This document shows, in pieces, positions 34,768 through 43,129 of a stretch of DNA of 64,000 nt. The translations under genes and the position numbers were made by a program. The notes beneath the pieces were generated by a model. It had not been told where the DNA came from, made no database searches, and was given only the letters and a program-made list of their open reading frames with translations. Origin of the DNA: Hydrogenispora sp. Lineage in GTDB: Bacteria > Bacillota > UBA4882 > UBA10575. The stretch's first letter is position 1. The number at the start of each line of letters is the position of its first letter. The stretch spans positions 9,017 through 73,016 of the forward strand of contig DUQQ01000073.1 in NCBI GenBank assembly GCA_012837705.1, written 5' to 3'.

Positions 34768-35664
34768 TTATTCTTCCATCGATTCTTTCTCCATCAAGTT
34801 GGCAATAAATGCCCACTTTTTTCTGCGGTATGGGTTGGACGCTTGTAGATTATCCAGCACTACACGGCCTTTATAGACAAAACTGAGTTCATAGTCATAA
34901 TACTCTTTCAGAATATAATAAACAAAAGCCTCGGCAAAATCCTCATTCATACCCATACTACTGCTTAAACTGAAAAAGGAAGATTCCCATTTAAACCACT
35001 GCAAAAAATGGATCAAGCCATTGATGGATTGAATGTTATGCAGTTTTTCCGAGAAACCTTCTTTATCTTGCCAATAACGGTTCCGATCCCAGGAGATGCT
35101 GACAAACTCCTTATTCAGAGGGTGCGGAATAAACTTACCTTGCCAGTTAAACTTCAATCGGTCGTATTCTACTAAATGGCCAATCTCATGGATGATAATC
35201 CGCAGGAGGTTTGGCAGTTCGGGCGTACCTTTAAAGTAAAACTGTCCACTGTGGTCCATTAAACCTAGGTTTGCGTTGAGCAGCTTGTTTTCCCAATCAT
35301 CGCCGATGGAGAAAGTTAAATTTACCTTTTCCTGGTCAAGATAGACAATCATCTGTGGTTTATCCGCAAAGGAGAAGGGCGCTTCAACGATGACAAAACG
35401 ATCGGGATACTCCAATAAATAGCGTAAGTTTTGCTCATTCAAAAGGTCCACACACTTTTTAAGGGCTTTAATCTGTCCACGCGAAAGAGAGACCTTTGTT
35501 GGCGTAACATGCTTAAGAAACTCGTCTGAAGGTTGGTGTTTCGCCGGGTCAAAGCCCTCAAAAATAATTCCCTGGTAAACAAAGGAGTCCTGCTCCCATC
35601 CACAACCAGAGAGAAAAACCATTACGCATAAACATAAAGATAAGATTCGAAGTAACGCCCTCAT
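34768..35664 (-). CDS. Lipoprotein with HExxH zincin-like motif, function unknown
   Basis: Lipobox FLSGC after a signal peptide. HEIGH at IIIHEIGHLVEY and a downstream NEDFAEAF that could supply the third ligand. 23-nt gap to the binding-protein gene. Confidence 0.5.
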   Translation of the reverse strand: MRALLRILSLCLCVMVFLSGCGWEQDSFVYQGIIFEGFDPAKHQPSDEFLKHVTPTKVSLSRGQIKALKKCVDLLNEQNLRYLLEYPDRFVIVEAPFSFADKPQMIVYLDQEKVNLTFSIGDDWENKLLNANLGLMDHSGQFYFKGTPELPNLLRIIIHEIGHLVEYDRLKFNWQGKFIPHPLNKEFVSISWDRNRYWQDKEGFSEKLHNIQSINGLIHFLQWFKWESSFFSLSSSMGMNEDFAEAFVYYILKEYYDYELSFVYKGRVVLDNLQASNPYRRKKWAFIANLMEKESMEE

Positions 35665-35720
35665 CGTAACACAACCTTCCACCTAGATTGTTACGTTGGA
35701 AGGGACCAACTCTTCCGTAA

Positions 35721-37448
35721 TCACATCTGTTCCGGCGCTTTGATACCCAGTAAGCCTAAACCGGTTGCTAAAATGGTTTTAACCGCCCAAACCAAAACAA
35801 GCCTTGCTTGTTGCAAATCTTGGTCGTCGACCAAGACCTGACACTCATGGTAAAACCCGTTAAACGTGTGGGCGAGTTCGATCAAATACCGGCTGATGAT
35901 GGAAGGTTCAAATTCATTGGCGGCACTAAGCACTTTTTCTGGGAAGAGATACAACGCCTTGACGACTTTAAGCGCCGCTGGTTCATTGAGTCTTTCCGGG
36001 GCAAAAGTGACGCCCGCATCCGGCGAATAACCGGCTTTACGCAGGATGCTACACGCCCGAGCATGGGTGTATTGGAGATATGGACCGGTCTCTCCTTCAA
36101 AACTCAATGCTTCTTCCCAAGAGAAAGTAACATCTTTAATCCGGTTTACGCTCAAAGCGCCAAAAACAACAGCACCAACCCCGACCGTCTGCGCAACCTC
36201 CTCTTTCTGCAAGAGGCTGGGGTTTTTCTCGTTGATAATGGCTAGTGTTTTTTCGATCGCTGTTTTTAAAAGGTCTTCCAGTAAAACAACCCGGCCTTTT
36301 CTGGTGGATAACTTTTCTCCTTTAAGACTAACAAGGCCAAAGGGAATGTGGACCAATTCTTTGGCCCAATCGTAGCCCATCAATTCGACAACCTTAAACC
36401 ACTGTTTAAAGTGGAGACTCTGAGCTGCTCCCGTTACATAAAGTGCTTTTACGAACTGATAGGTCTTTTTCCGGTACAGGGCCGCGGCAATATCGCGCGT
36501 TGCGTAAAGCGTGCTACCATCCTTCTTCAGAATCAAACAAGGCGGCATTCCGTACTCGTCCAGGTTAACAATGGCGGCACCATCACTCTCGACAAGCAAT
36601 TCTTTCTCTTTTAACTCGTTGACCACGGCGTCGATTTTGTCATTATAGAAGCTTTCTCCGGCCATTGAGTCAAAGGAGATTTCTAAGATGTCATAGACCC
36701 GCTGAAATTCTTCTAAACTAATCTCCTTAAACCACCGCCAGAGGGATAAGGCTTCCTCATCCCCATTCTCAATTTTCCGGAACCAGGCGCGGGCCTCATC
36801 TTCTAAAGCCGGATCCTGCTCCGCTTCGGTATGAAACTTGACATACAACCGCATTAACTCTTTGATTAATCCTTTTTCTACCGCTTCCGCAGAACCCCAT
36901 TTTTTATAGGCGGTGATCAACTTACCAAACTGGGTTCCCCAGTCGCCTAAATGGTTGATCCCGACACAGTTATAGCCTAAAAATTCGAAGATTTTATAGA
37001 GCGCATTACCAATCACCGTACTACACAGATGACCCACATGGAAAGGTTTGGCGATATTGGGGGCCGAAAAATCGATGACAATATTCTGTCCCCCACCAAC
37101 CGAACGCGCCCCGTATTTGGACCCGGAAGTTATGATCTTCGCCAGTACGTCCTTGACCAACGGGACCGGCGCCACGTAAAAATTTAAATACGGACCGGTG
37201 GCCTTAACCGCCTCAAAATATGGGGCTGGGTCAATTTTGTTCTCCAACTCTTCGGCGATTAAATTGGGGGCTTTTCTAAGGACTTTACTCAGTTGAAAAC
37301 AGGGTAAAGCCAGATCGCCCAGCTTCTCGTCGGGTGGGTATTCAATTAAAGCGTAGAGCGCTTCCTTTTCTACCCCGCTCTCCGCTAAAACCGTGCCCAC
37401 TGTTTCCGCAATTATTTCCTTATAATCCAGATAACTGTTCTTCTGCAT
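35721..37448 (-). CDS. argS: Arginyl-tRNA synthetase
   Basis: 575 aa with an N-terminal Arg-tRNA-binding add-on, the HIGH-like motif PFHVGHL and a DALR anticodon-binding C-terminus. Confidence 0.95.
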   Translation of the reverse strand: MQKNSYLDYKEIIAETVGTVLAESGVEKEALYALIEYPPDEKLGDLALPCFQLSKVLRKAPNLIAEELENKIDPAPYFEAVKATGPYLNFYVAPVPLVKDVLAKIITSGSKYGARSVGGGQNIVIDFSAPNIAKPFHVGHLCSTVIGNALYKIFEFLGYNCVGINHLGDWGTQFGKLITAYKKWGSAEAVEKGLIKELMRLYVKFHTEAEQDPALEDEARAWFRKIENGDEEALSLWRWFKEISLEEFQRVYDILEISFDSMAGESFYNDKIDAVVNELKEKELLVESDGAAIVNLDEYGMPPCLILKKDGSTLYATRDIAAALYRKKTYQFVKALYVTGAAQSLHFKQWFKVVELMGYDWAKELVHIPFGLVSLKGEKLSTRKGRVVLLEDLLKTAIEKTLAIINEKNPSLLQKEEVAQTVGVGAVVFGALSVNRIKDVTFSWEEALSFEGETGPYLQYTHARACSILRKAGYSPDAGVTFAPERLNEPAALKVVKALYLFPEKVLSAANEFEPSIISRYLIELAHTFNGFYHECQVLVDDQDLQQARLVLVWAVKTILATGLGLLGIKAPEQM

Positions 37449-37540
37449 TTAGCTCTCCCTTATTCCGCCTTAATCTTATTTTTAACGTCAGTAAAGACTG
37501 ATCGTTTATGAACTTAACACAATTTGCCCCTATTTACTAT

Positions 37541-37569
37541 ATATTACCCAAATCAGCTATTATTTGCAA
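37541..37569 (-). promoter_or_regulatory. Candidate sigma-A promoter of argS
   Basis: The minus strand reads TTGCAA-N17-TAATAT and would give a leader of about 85 nt. No T-box features are seen in that leader. Confidence 0.5.
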
Positions 37570-37753
37570 CTGAAAGATTAAATGTGCACCGCGCCAATTT
37601 ATGGCCTTTGCTGCTTTGGTTCTTATCCTTTCTTGCCGGTTGTGGCCAATTATTATTTTTCCGTTAACCTTAATTTTCCTGTATCTTTCCATGCCTACGC
37701 TTGTACTAGTCTACATTATTATATTATTTGGAAACAGACGCGCGGTCGAGAAA

Positions 37754-37799
37754 GGGGTTTAAAAAAACAACCCCCGAATTTAAATTAATTTCAGGGGTC
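37754..37799 (-). terminator. Intrinsic terminator after the ABC permease genes
   Basis: Minus strand CCCCUGAA...UUCGGGGG stem followed by UUGUUUUUUU. An overlapping alternative hairpin is GGGGUU/AACCCC. Confidence 0.7.
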
Positions 37800-37828
37800 A
37801 TGTCCAGCCAAAACCACGTCAGTTTTAA

Positions 37829-38896
37829 TCATTGGCGCGCTTTCAGCCACGAAGGGAAAGCAAGTCGGAATTTACTCCTGCCCCGTAACGACATAACGAC
37901 GCTTTGCAACACAATGAAGAGATACAGCAGAAGTCCACTGACGATTGCCTGTAGGTTAGATTGGACACCCGCCGCCCGGATCAGTTCATTGATAGTCAGT
38001 AGGGTCAACGTCCCAATCGGCGCGCCAAGTAAGTTCCCGACGCCGCCGTTGAGTAGAATCCCGCCCATCACATTTGAGGCAATTGCTTTCATCTCAAACA
38101 ACGCCCCGTTTCCGATATTACCGGCTCCTGTTGTCATCAGGAAGATAAAGCCGGAAATCCCGGCGGTCAATCCGCAGATCACATAGGAGAAGAAGATCGT
38201 TTGCTTGACGTTGATCCCGAGCATCCGGGCACTCTGACGATTACCGCCCACCGCGTAGACATTGCGCCCGAAACGCGACCACTTCATAAGGATAGCGTAG
38301 AGAACAACAAGGACGACCACAACAATAACACCTGGTTTGATTTCACACGGAATGAAAACACCCAGTCTGTTCACGGTGCCAAGCCACGGAATTTCGATTA
38401 TAAAATTCCGTAAGGCCACAAAAGCAGGCATCGTCACGTTGAGCGGCTCTTTGTGGAGGGTCGTCAGCAGCCCTTGCGCTAAAAACATTCCGGCCAGGGT
38501 TATGATAAAAGGTTGGATTTCAAGATAGGCAATGAGATACCCATGCATGAGCCCAAAGGCGAGCCCGATCCCTAGCGCGAGAAATAAGGCGCTCCAGACG
38601 TTCCCCATTCCCGATTCCAGCAACATGGCGCAGGCCATAGTGACTAGACCACATACAGCGCCAACGGAAATATCGATGCCGCCTCCGATCATAACGACAC
38701 ACAGGCCAAGTGTTACGATGAACAGCGCCGCGTTAAAGTTGAACAAGTCAAAAAAGGTCTGAAACTGCATGAAACTGCCCGGAAAACTGATCAGGGCAAA
38801 CCCATACATCAGTACAAATATAATCCCGGCGATCATAAAAAGAAGATTCGAATTCGATAATCTTGTTTTTGCTTTGCTTGTGTTTAGAGATCGCAT
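37829..38896 (-). CDS. CUT2-family sugar ABC transporter permease (YjfF/RbsC-like)
   Basis: 355 aa, 8-10 TM segments, BPD_transp_2-type pattern. 1-nt gap to the preceding permease. Confidence 0.85.
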   Translation of the reverse strand: MRSLNTSKAKTRLSNSNLLFMIAGIIFVLMYGFALISFPGSFMQFQTFFDLFNFNAALFIVTLGLCVVMIGGGIDISVGAVCGLVTMACAMLLESGMGNVWSALFLALGIGLAFGLMHGYLIAYLEIQPFIITLAGMFLAQGLLTTLHKEPLNVTMPAFVALRNFIIEIPWLGTVNRLGVFIPCEIKPGVIVVVVLVVLYAILMKWSRFGRNVYAVGGNRQSARMLGINVKQTIFFSYVICGLTAGISGFIFLMTTGAGNIGNGALFEMKAIASNVMGGILLNGGVGNLLGAPIGTLTLLTINELIRAAGVQSNLQAIVSGLLLYLFIVLQSVVMSLRGRSKFRLAFPSWLKARQ

Positions 38897-38897
38897 T

Positions 38898-40010
38898 CTA
38901 CTCCCCCTTCTTCCCCGTTGTGTCCGTTATGGAAACCGCTCCCTTGTTTATTCCACCAGTCTGGCGTACGGAGTAGCGAGCGACGATCGTTCTCGCCTTG
39001 TCGAGGACTTTCTTGAAAAAAATCCTAACCACCGGCGAAGCAACTACCATAAGAACGATAATGAACACTGCCTTGAAGGCCTTAATGGCCTCGGGGTTTA
39101 CCTCCAGCCGAAGCAGAGTCCTGTTTAACATCTCGATGGTGTACGCACCAATAATCGAACCGGTGATGCTGAACTTTCCGCCAGCCAGTGAGTTTCCGCC
39201 CAAGGCAACCGCAAGAATCGCGTCCATCATAATAAACTTGAGCAGATTAACACTATCGTGGCGCCCGGCCTTGTTGACAGCGATGAAACCGGCAACCGCA
39301 CTACAAACCCCCATCAGCAAAAAGGTCAGGAAGATAATCTTTTTCGGATTGATCCCGTTCAGCCGCGCCGCACTCGGGTTGATGCCCACTGCCTCCACAT
39401 AGAGCCGGAGATTCGTGGTTTTGAGGACCACGGCAACGACGGCGATGAAGACGACCGTCAGGATAATGGGCGTTTGGATTGGCACGCCCGGTATTACGGT
39501 ACCGATTCGATTCGAGATCTCGTTCGCCAGGATGGGAGAGACTTTACCGTCAATAATAAAAGCGATCGACCTGCCCCCTAAAAACAGAATAAGAGTCGCA
39601 ACCATAGGCTGAACGTTGAAGAAGGAAACCAGGGTACCATTGAAGGCGCCGATCACTAGACCGGCCACGCAGCTGATGAGGAAACCGACCAGGATGGTCC
39701 ACAAGGTAACTTCTCCCGCATTCAAGACATACTGCACAAAGATGGCGGAACTGATCGCGCCGCTCTCACCGATGCTGATGTCCTGCCCGCGTGAGGCCGC
39801 AGTAACTAGGGTCATCCCGATGGACAGAATAACCAACTCTGAAGCGCCGAAGAGGATATTCGGGATGTTCCCGTAAAAAGCCCCGTTTACCATGGTAATC
39901 CGGAAGTAATCAGCACCTTTGATCAGATTAATGATAATAAGGATCACCAGAACAGAGAGGGGAAGGAAGAGATGGGATAAGTTATTGAGGCGTGTTTTTA
40001 GCCTTGGCAT
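38898..40010 (-). CDS. CUT2-family sugar ABC transporter permease (YtfT/RbsC-like)
   Basis: ATG 40010 has GGGAGGT 7 nt upstream and lies 1 nt after the ATPase stop. Polytopic membrane protein. Confidence 0.85.
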   Translation of the reverse strand: MPRLKTRLNNLSHLFLPLSVLVILIIINLIKGADYFRITMVNGAFYGNIPNILFGASELVILSIGMTLVTAASRGQDISIGESGAISSAIFVQYVLNAGEVTLWTILVGFLISCVAGLVIGAFNGTLVSFFNVQPMVATLILFLGGRSIAFIIDGKVSPILANEISNRIGTVIPGVPIQTPIILTVVFIAVVAVVLKTTNLRLYVEAVGINPSAARLNGINPKKIIFLTFLLMGVCSAVAGFIAVNKAGRHDSVNLLKFIMMDAILAVALGGNSLAGGKFSITGSIIGAYTIEMLNRTLLRLEVNPEAIKAFKAVFIIVLMVVASPVVRIFFKKVLDKARTIVARYSVRQTGGINKGAVSITDTTGKKGE

Positions 40011-40011
40011 A

Positions 40012-41514
40012 TCATTTACCTCCCTGTGCAATCATGTGCATAACATCTTGTTCCGTCAGATTCATCCCACTGAGTTCTCCGACAATTTCCCGGTCTTTCA
40101 TCACGATCAGCCGCGCGCAGACGCGAAGCATTTCGTCAATTTCTGATGAGATGAAGGTAATACTCATTCCGTCGGCGGCGAGTTTAAGTACAAGTTTTTG
40201 AATCTCCACCTTGGTACCGACATCGATTCCCCGTGTTGGTTCATCGAGGATCAAGTACATAGGCTGTGTGAGTAGCCAGCGGGCTAGAATTACCTTCTGC
40301 TGGTTGCCCCCGGAAAGAGACTTGATCGGCGTGTTCGGAGACGGTGTTTTAATGTCCAGCTTCTGGATAAACTGGTCGGTAAATTCCTCCGCCTGTTTCC
40401 GGGAAAGCGGCCGGAAAAAGCCCTTCATGACTTGCAAGGCGAGAATAAGATTATCCCGTACCGAAAGTTCATCGATGATTCCGTCGCCCTTGCGGTCCTC
40501 TGGTAGATAGCCGATTCCCTGTTTCATGGCTTGTAGGGGGGTTTTGATCTTTACCCTCCTACCATTTATTTTTACTTCCCCGCCGGTTACCTTGTCGGCG
40601 GCAAAGATGGCGCGCACACTTTCGCTCCGCCCCGAGCCGAGCAGCCCGGCAAACCCATTCACCTCGCCTTTTTGGATCTTGAAATTGAAAGGCCTTACCC
40701 CGGCGGCACTCGAAAGGGCTCTCGCCTCGAACACCGGTACGCTGTCGTCGGATTTAGGCAGTTCATGTTTTTTTATTGCCGAGACATCACTTAGCGCCTT
40801 GCCCATCATCTTCGAGATCAGCTCAATTTGGGGAAGGGCCGAGGTGTGGTATTCGCCGATCAACTCGCCATTACGCAACACCGTAATCCGGTCGCTGATT
40901 GCGTAGACCTCATCGATAAAATGGGTAATGAAGATAATCCCGACACCCCGGGCTTTTAGTTGGCGCATGAGGGCAAAGAGCTTTTGCACCTCGTCTTCAT
41001 CAAGGGAAGACGTCGGCTCGTCCAGAATAAGTATCTTGCAGTCCATATCGACCGCACGGGCAATCGCAATCATCTGCTGGACAGCTATAGAGCAACTGGC
41101 GAGTTCCTGGGTCGGGCTGGCGGGAATACCGAGGGAGTTGAGCATCTCCGCTGCCTTGGCGTTCATCTGTTTCCACTTAATAAAATTGTCTCGGCCGCGA
41201 CCGATAAATATATTCTCGGCCACAGTCAAATTAGGGCAAAGCGCAATCTCCTGAAAGACCGTGCCGATTCCCATGTTCTGTGCTTCCTGCGGTGATTTAA
41301 AGTAAACCGGCCTACCCTCAATAAAAATCTGGCCGGCATCTTTTTGGTAAACACCGGTTAAAATCTTGATCAGTGTGGACTTGCCCGCTCCATTTTCGCC
41401 CATCAAGGCATGGATTTCACCCTTGCGGAGGGTAAAGTCTACGTTATGCAAAGCTCGGACCCCTGGAAAGGATTTATCGATCCCCTCCATTTTGAGGATA
41501 ATTTCTGACTGCAA
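40012..41514 (-). CDS. Sugar ABC transporter ATP-binding protein with duplicated ATPase domains (RbsA/MglA/YtfR-like)
   Basis: Walker A GENGAGKST and a second degenerate one GLLGSGRSE, plus the signature LSGGNQQK. TTG start with AAGGAGG 7 nt upstream. Confidence 0.9.
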   Translation of the reverse strand: MQSEIILKMEGIDKSFPGVRALHNVDFTLRKGEIHALMGENGAGKSTLIKILTGVYQKDAGQIFIEGRPVYFKSPQEAQNMGIGTVFQEIALCPNLTVAENIFIGRGRDNFIKWKQMNAKAAEMLNSLGIPASPTQELASCSIAVQQMIAIARAVDMDCKILILDEPTSSLDEDEVQKLFALMRQLKARGVGIIFITHFIDEVYAISDRITVLRNGELIGEYHTSALPQIELISKMMGKALSDVSAIKKHELPKSDDSVPVFEARALSSAAGVRPFNFKIQKGEVNGFAGLLGSGRSESVRAIFAADKVTGGEVKINGRRVKIKTPLQAMKQGIGYLPEDRKGDGIIDELSVRDNLILALQVMKGFFRPLSRKQAEEFTDQFIQKLDIKTPSPNTPIKSLSGGNQQKVILARWLLTQPMYLILDEPTRGIDVGTKVEIQKLVLKLAADGMSITFISSEIDEMLRVCARLIVMKDREIVGELSGMNLTEQDVMHMIAQGGK

Positions 41515-41607
41515 GCAAAGACCTCCTTACCGGTAGCACATAAATTAAGCGCAGTGCGGTTACCGGAGAGAATCCGAGCACCGCACTGCGTGAACCGCTA
41601 CAGTAAA

Positions 41608-42606
41608 CTACCTTGTGATTACACCCTTGCCTGGATCGGCATTGATCCCATATTTTTCGATATGTTCGTCGGTGATCGTATCAGTCGTTAAAATCAATTC
41701 TTCCTGATAGACGATTCCTTTGGGGATATTACCGCTTTTGATCCACTGATCAATCTGGCCAGCCTGACGCGGATTACACTGGACATCGGCATCCCAGTAA
41801 CCAGCTTGTACATTCCTCAGGGCAAAACGGTTAAAGTCAAAACCAATGATCTTGACCTTACCATTTTTACCATGGCTGATCCCAGCCGCCTCCAGCGCTT
41901 GAACAGCGCCTTGCGCCATACCGTCGTTCTGAGCATAGATGACGTTGAAATCCTTGCCGGCGGCAATCGCGGCTTCTACCACTTTTCGGGCTTCCTCAAG
42001 GCTCCAGGTGTCTCCACCCGTACCGTCAGCGACAATGTTGAGTTTGCCTTCTTCGGCAGCTTTGAGTAACGGTGCGCTGCGCCCGATCTCTGCTGCGCTC
42101 CCCAACTGCCCTCGGATCAAGACTACATTAATCGGTTTTGGAACATTGTTCAACACCCAGTCTGTTGCCAAGCGACCCTCATAATGCATGTCGGAGAGAA
42201 GGGCTGCCTCATAGTTCGAGGGATCCGTATCAATTGACCAGTCAAAGAGAATAACCCGAACGCCAGCTCTTTTTGCCGACCGCAGGACGTCGTCCCATCC
42301 AGAGGCGTTGGCGGCTGAAATCAGGAGATAGTCCACTCCATCACGGATATACCCTCTGGCCGCTGCGATCTGCTCGCTGTTGTCGGCGGTGTTGGTCTGT
42401 TTGGCATCATAGCCGTTTTCCCTTGAGAAGACCACGTTCATGTCTTCCACATTGGCCTGACGGTAGCCGGATTCTTCCGGCGGTAAATTCACAATCCCAA
42501 CCTTAATCAGTTTTTTTGAGGCCGCCAAGGTCAACCCACACGCGGTAGACAAAACCAAAGTAACTACTAACAGTAACAATCCTACTCTCGTCAACCTTTT
42601 CATCAT
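41608..42606 (-). CDS. Periplasmic-binding-protein type I sugar-binding (lipo)protein (YtfQ/RbsB-like)
   Basis: Signal peptide ending LSTAC and a Peripla_BP_4-like fold pattern. It is the first gene of the ABC operon, with AGAGGAGG upstream. Confidence 0.85.
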   Translation of the reverse strand: MMKRLTRVGLLLLVVTLVLSTACGLTLAASKKLIKVGIVNLPPEESGYRQANVEDMNVVFSRENGYDAKQTNTADNSEQIAAARGYIRDGVDYLLISAANASGWDDVLRSAKRAGVRVILFDWSIDTDPSNYEAALLSDMHYEGRLATDWVLNNVPKPINVVLIRGQLGSAAEIGRSAPLLKAAEEGKLNIVADGTGGDTWSLEEARKVVEAAIAAGKDFNVIYAQNDGMAQGAVQALEAAGISHGKNGKVKIIGFDFNRFALRNVQAGYWDADVQCNPRQAGQIDQWIKSGNIPKGIVYQEELILTTDTITDEHIEKYGINADPGKGVITR

Positions 42607-42646
42607 TGAACCTCCTCTAAGTTTTTTGACTGAAACAAGATAACCC

Positions 42647-42661
42647 AGCCAACGTTTGGAA
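42647..42661 (-). promoter_or_regulatory. cre-like / LacI-family operator-like site in the ABC operon leader
   Basis: The minus strand reads TTCCAAACGTTGGCT. This is one mismatch from the cre consensus WTGNAANCGNWNNCW as I recall it, about 45 nt upstream of the start codon. Confidence 0.3.
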
Positions 42662-42967
42662 AAATAACTTTCGTTTTATTGAACTGGCCCCCAACACCCC
42701 CGTTTCTCTGATTTTATATTAAGCAGCCTTTGCCAAAGAGCGGCCGCCTTTTCCTTTTAATCTGTTATTAATGTTACTATTATTAATATAAAAAATGGGC
42801 GGTCCAATTAGAATAGAAATTTTTTGTTTATGCTATAATAATTTTTATAAATCCGTTACATTGCTTCGTTGCAAGTTTTACGATACTTAGATCTTCATAA
42901 TCTTCGTCCGTCTTTACGGCGCAAAAGGGATAGACTTTAAAAGCGTGCGGAGAACAAGAAAAGGATT

Positions 42968-43002
42968 TTAAAATTTAAAAAACCGGGCACCAAGCCCGGT
43001 TA
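42968..43002 (-). terminator. Intrinsic terminator downstream of comM
   Basis: Minus strand AACCGGGC-TTGGT-GCCCGGTT followed by TTTTTAAATTTT, about 130 nt after the comM stop. Confidence 0.7.
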
Positions 43003-43129
43003 AAAGCAATCACCAGATATATGTAAAACGATTTCGTTGTTAGTCCCTGGATCTTTTAAGACCAAGAACAGATTCTTTAATACCTAAAGCCGAATCTAGT
43101 TTAGTGTATATGACCGATGTAGCGCCAAA

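Noticed and set aside
37570-37790. Two small ORFs in the argS upstream spacer: the plus-strand 68-aa ORF at 37582-37788, and a minus-strand 51-aa basic ORF (MERYRKIKVNGK...) starting near 37693.
   Set aside because: Neither has a usable SD. Both have odd composition (Cys/Tyr/Phe-rich, or simply reflecting AT-rich DNA). The minus-strand ORF would run through the predicted argS promoter. I treat the region as non-coding.
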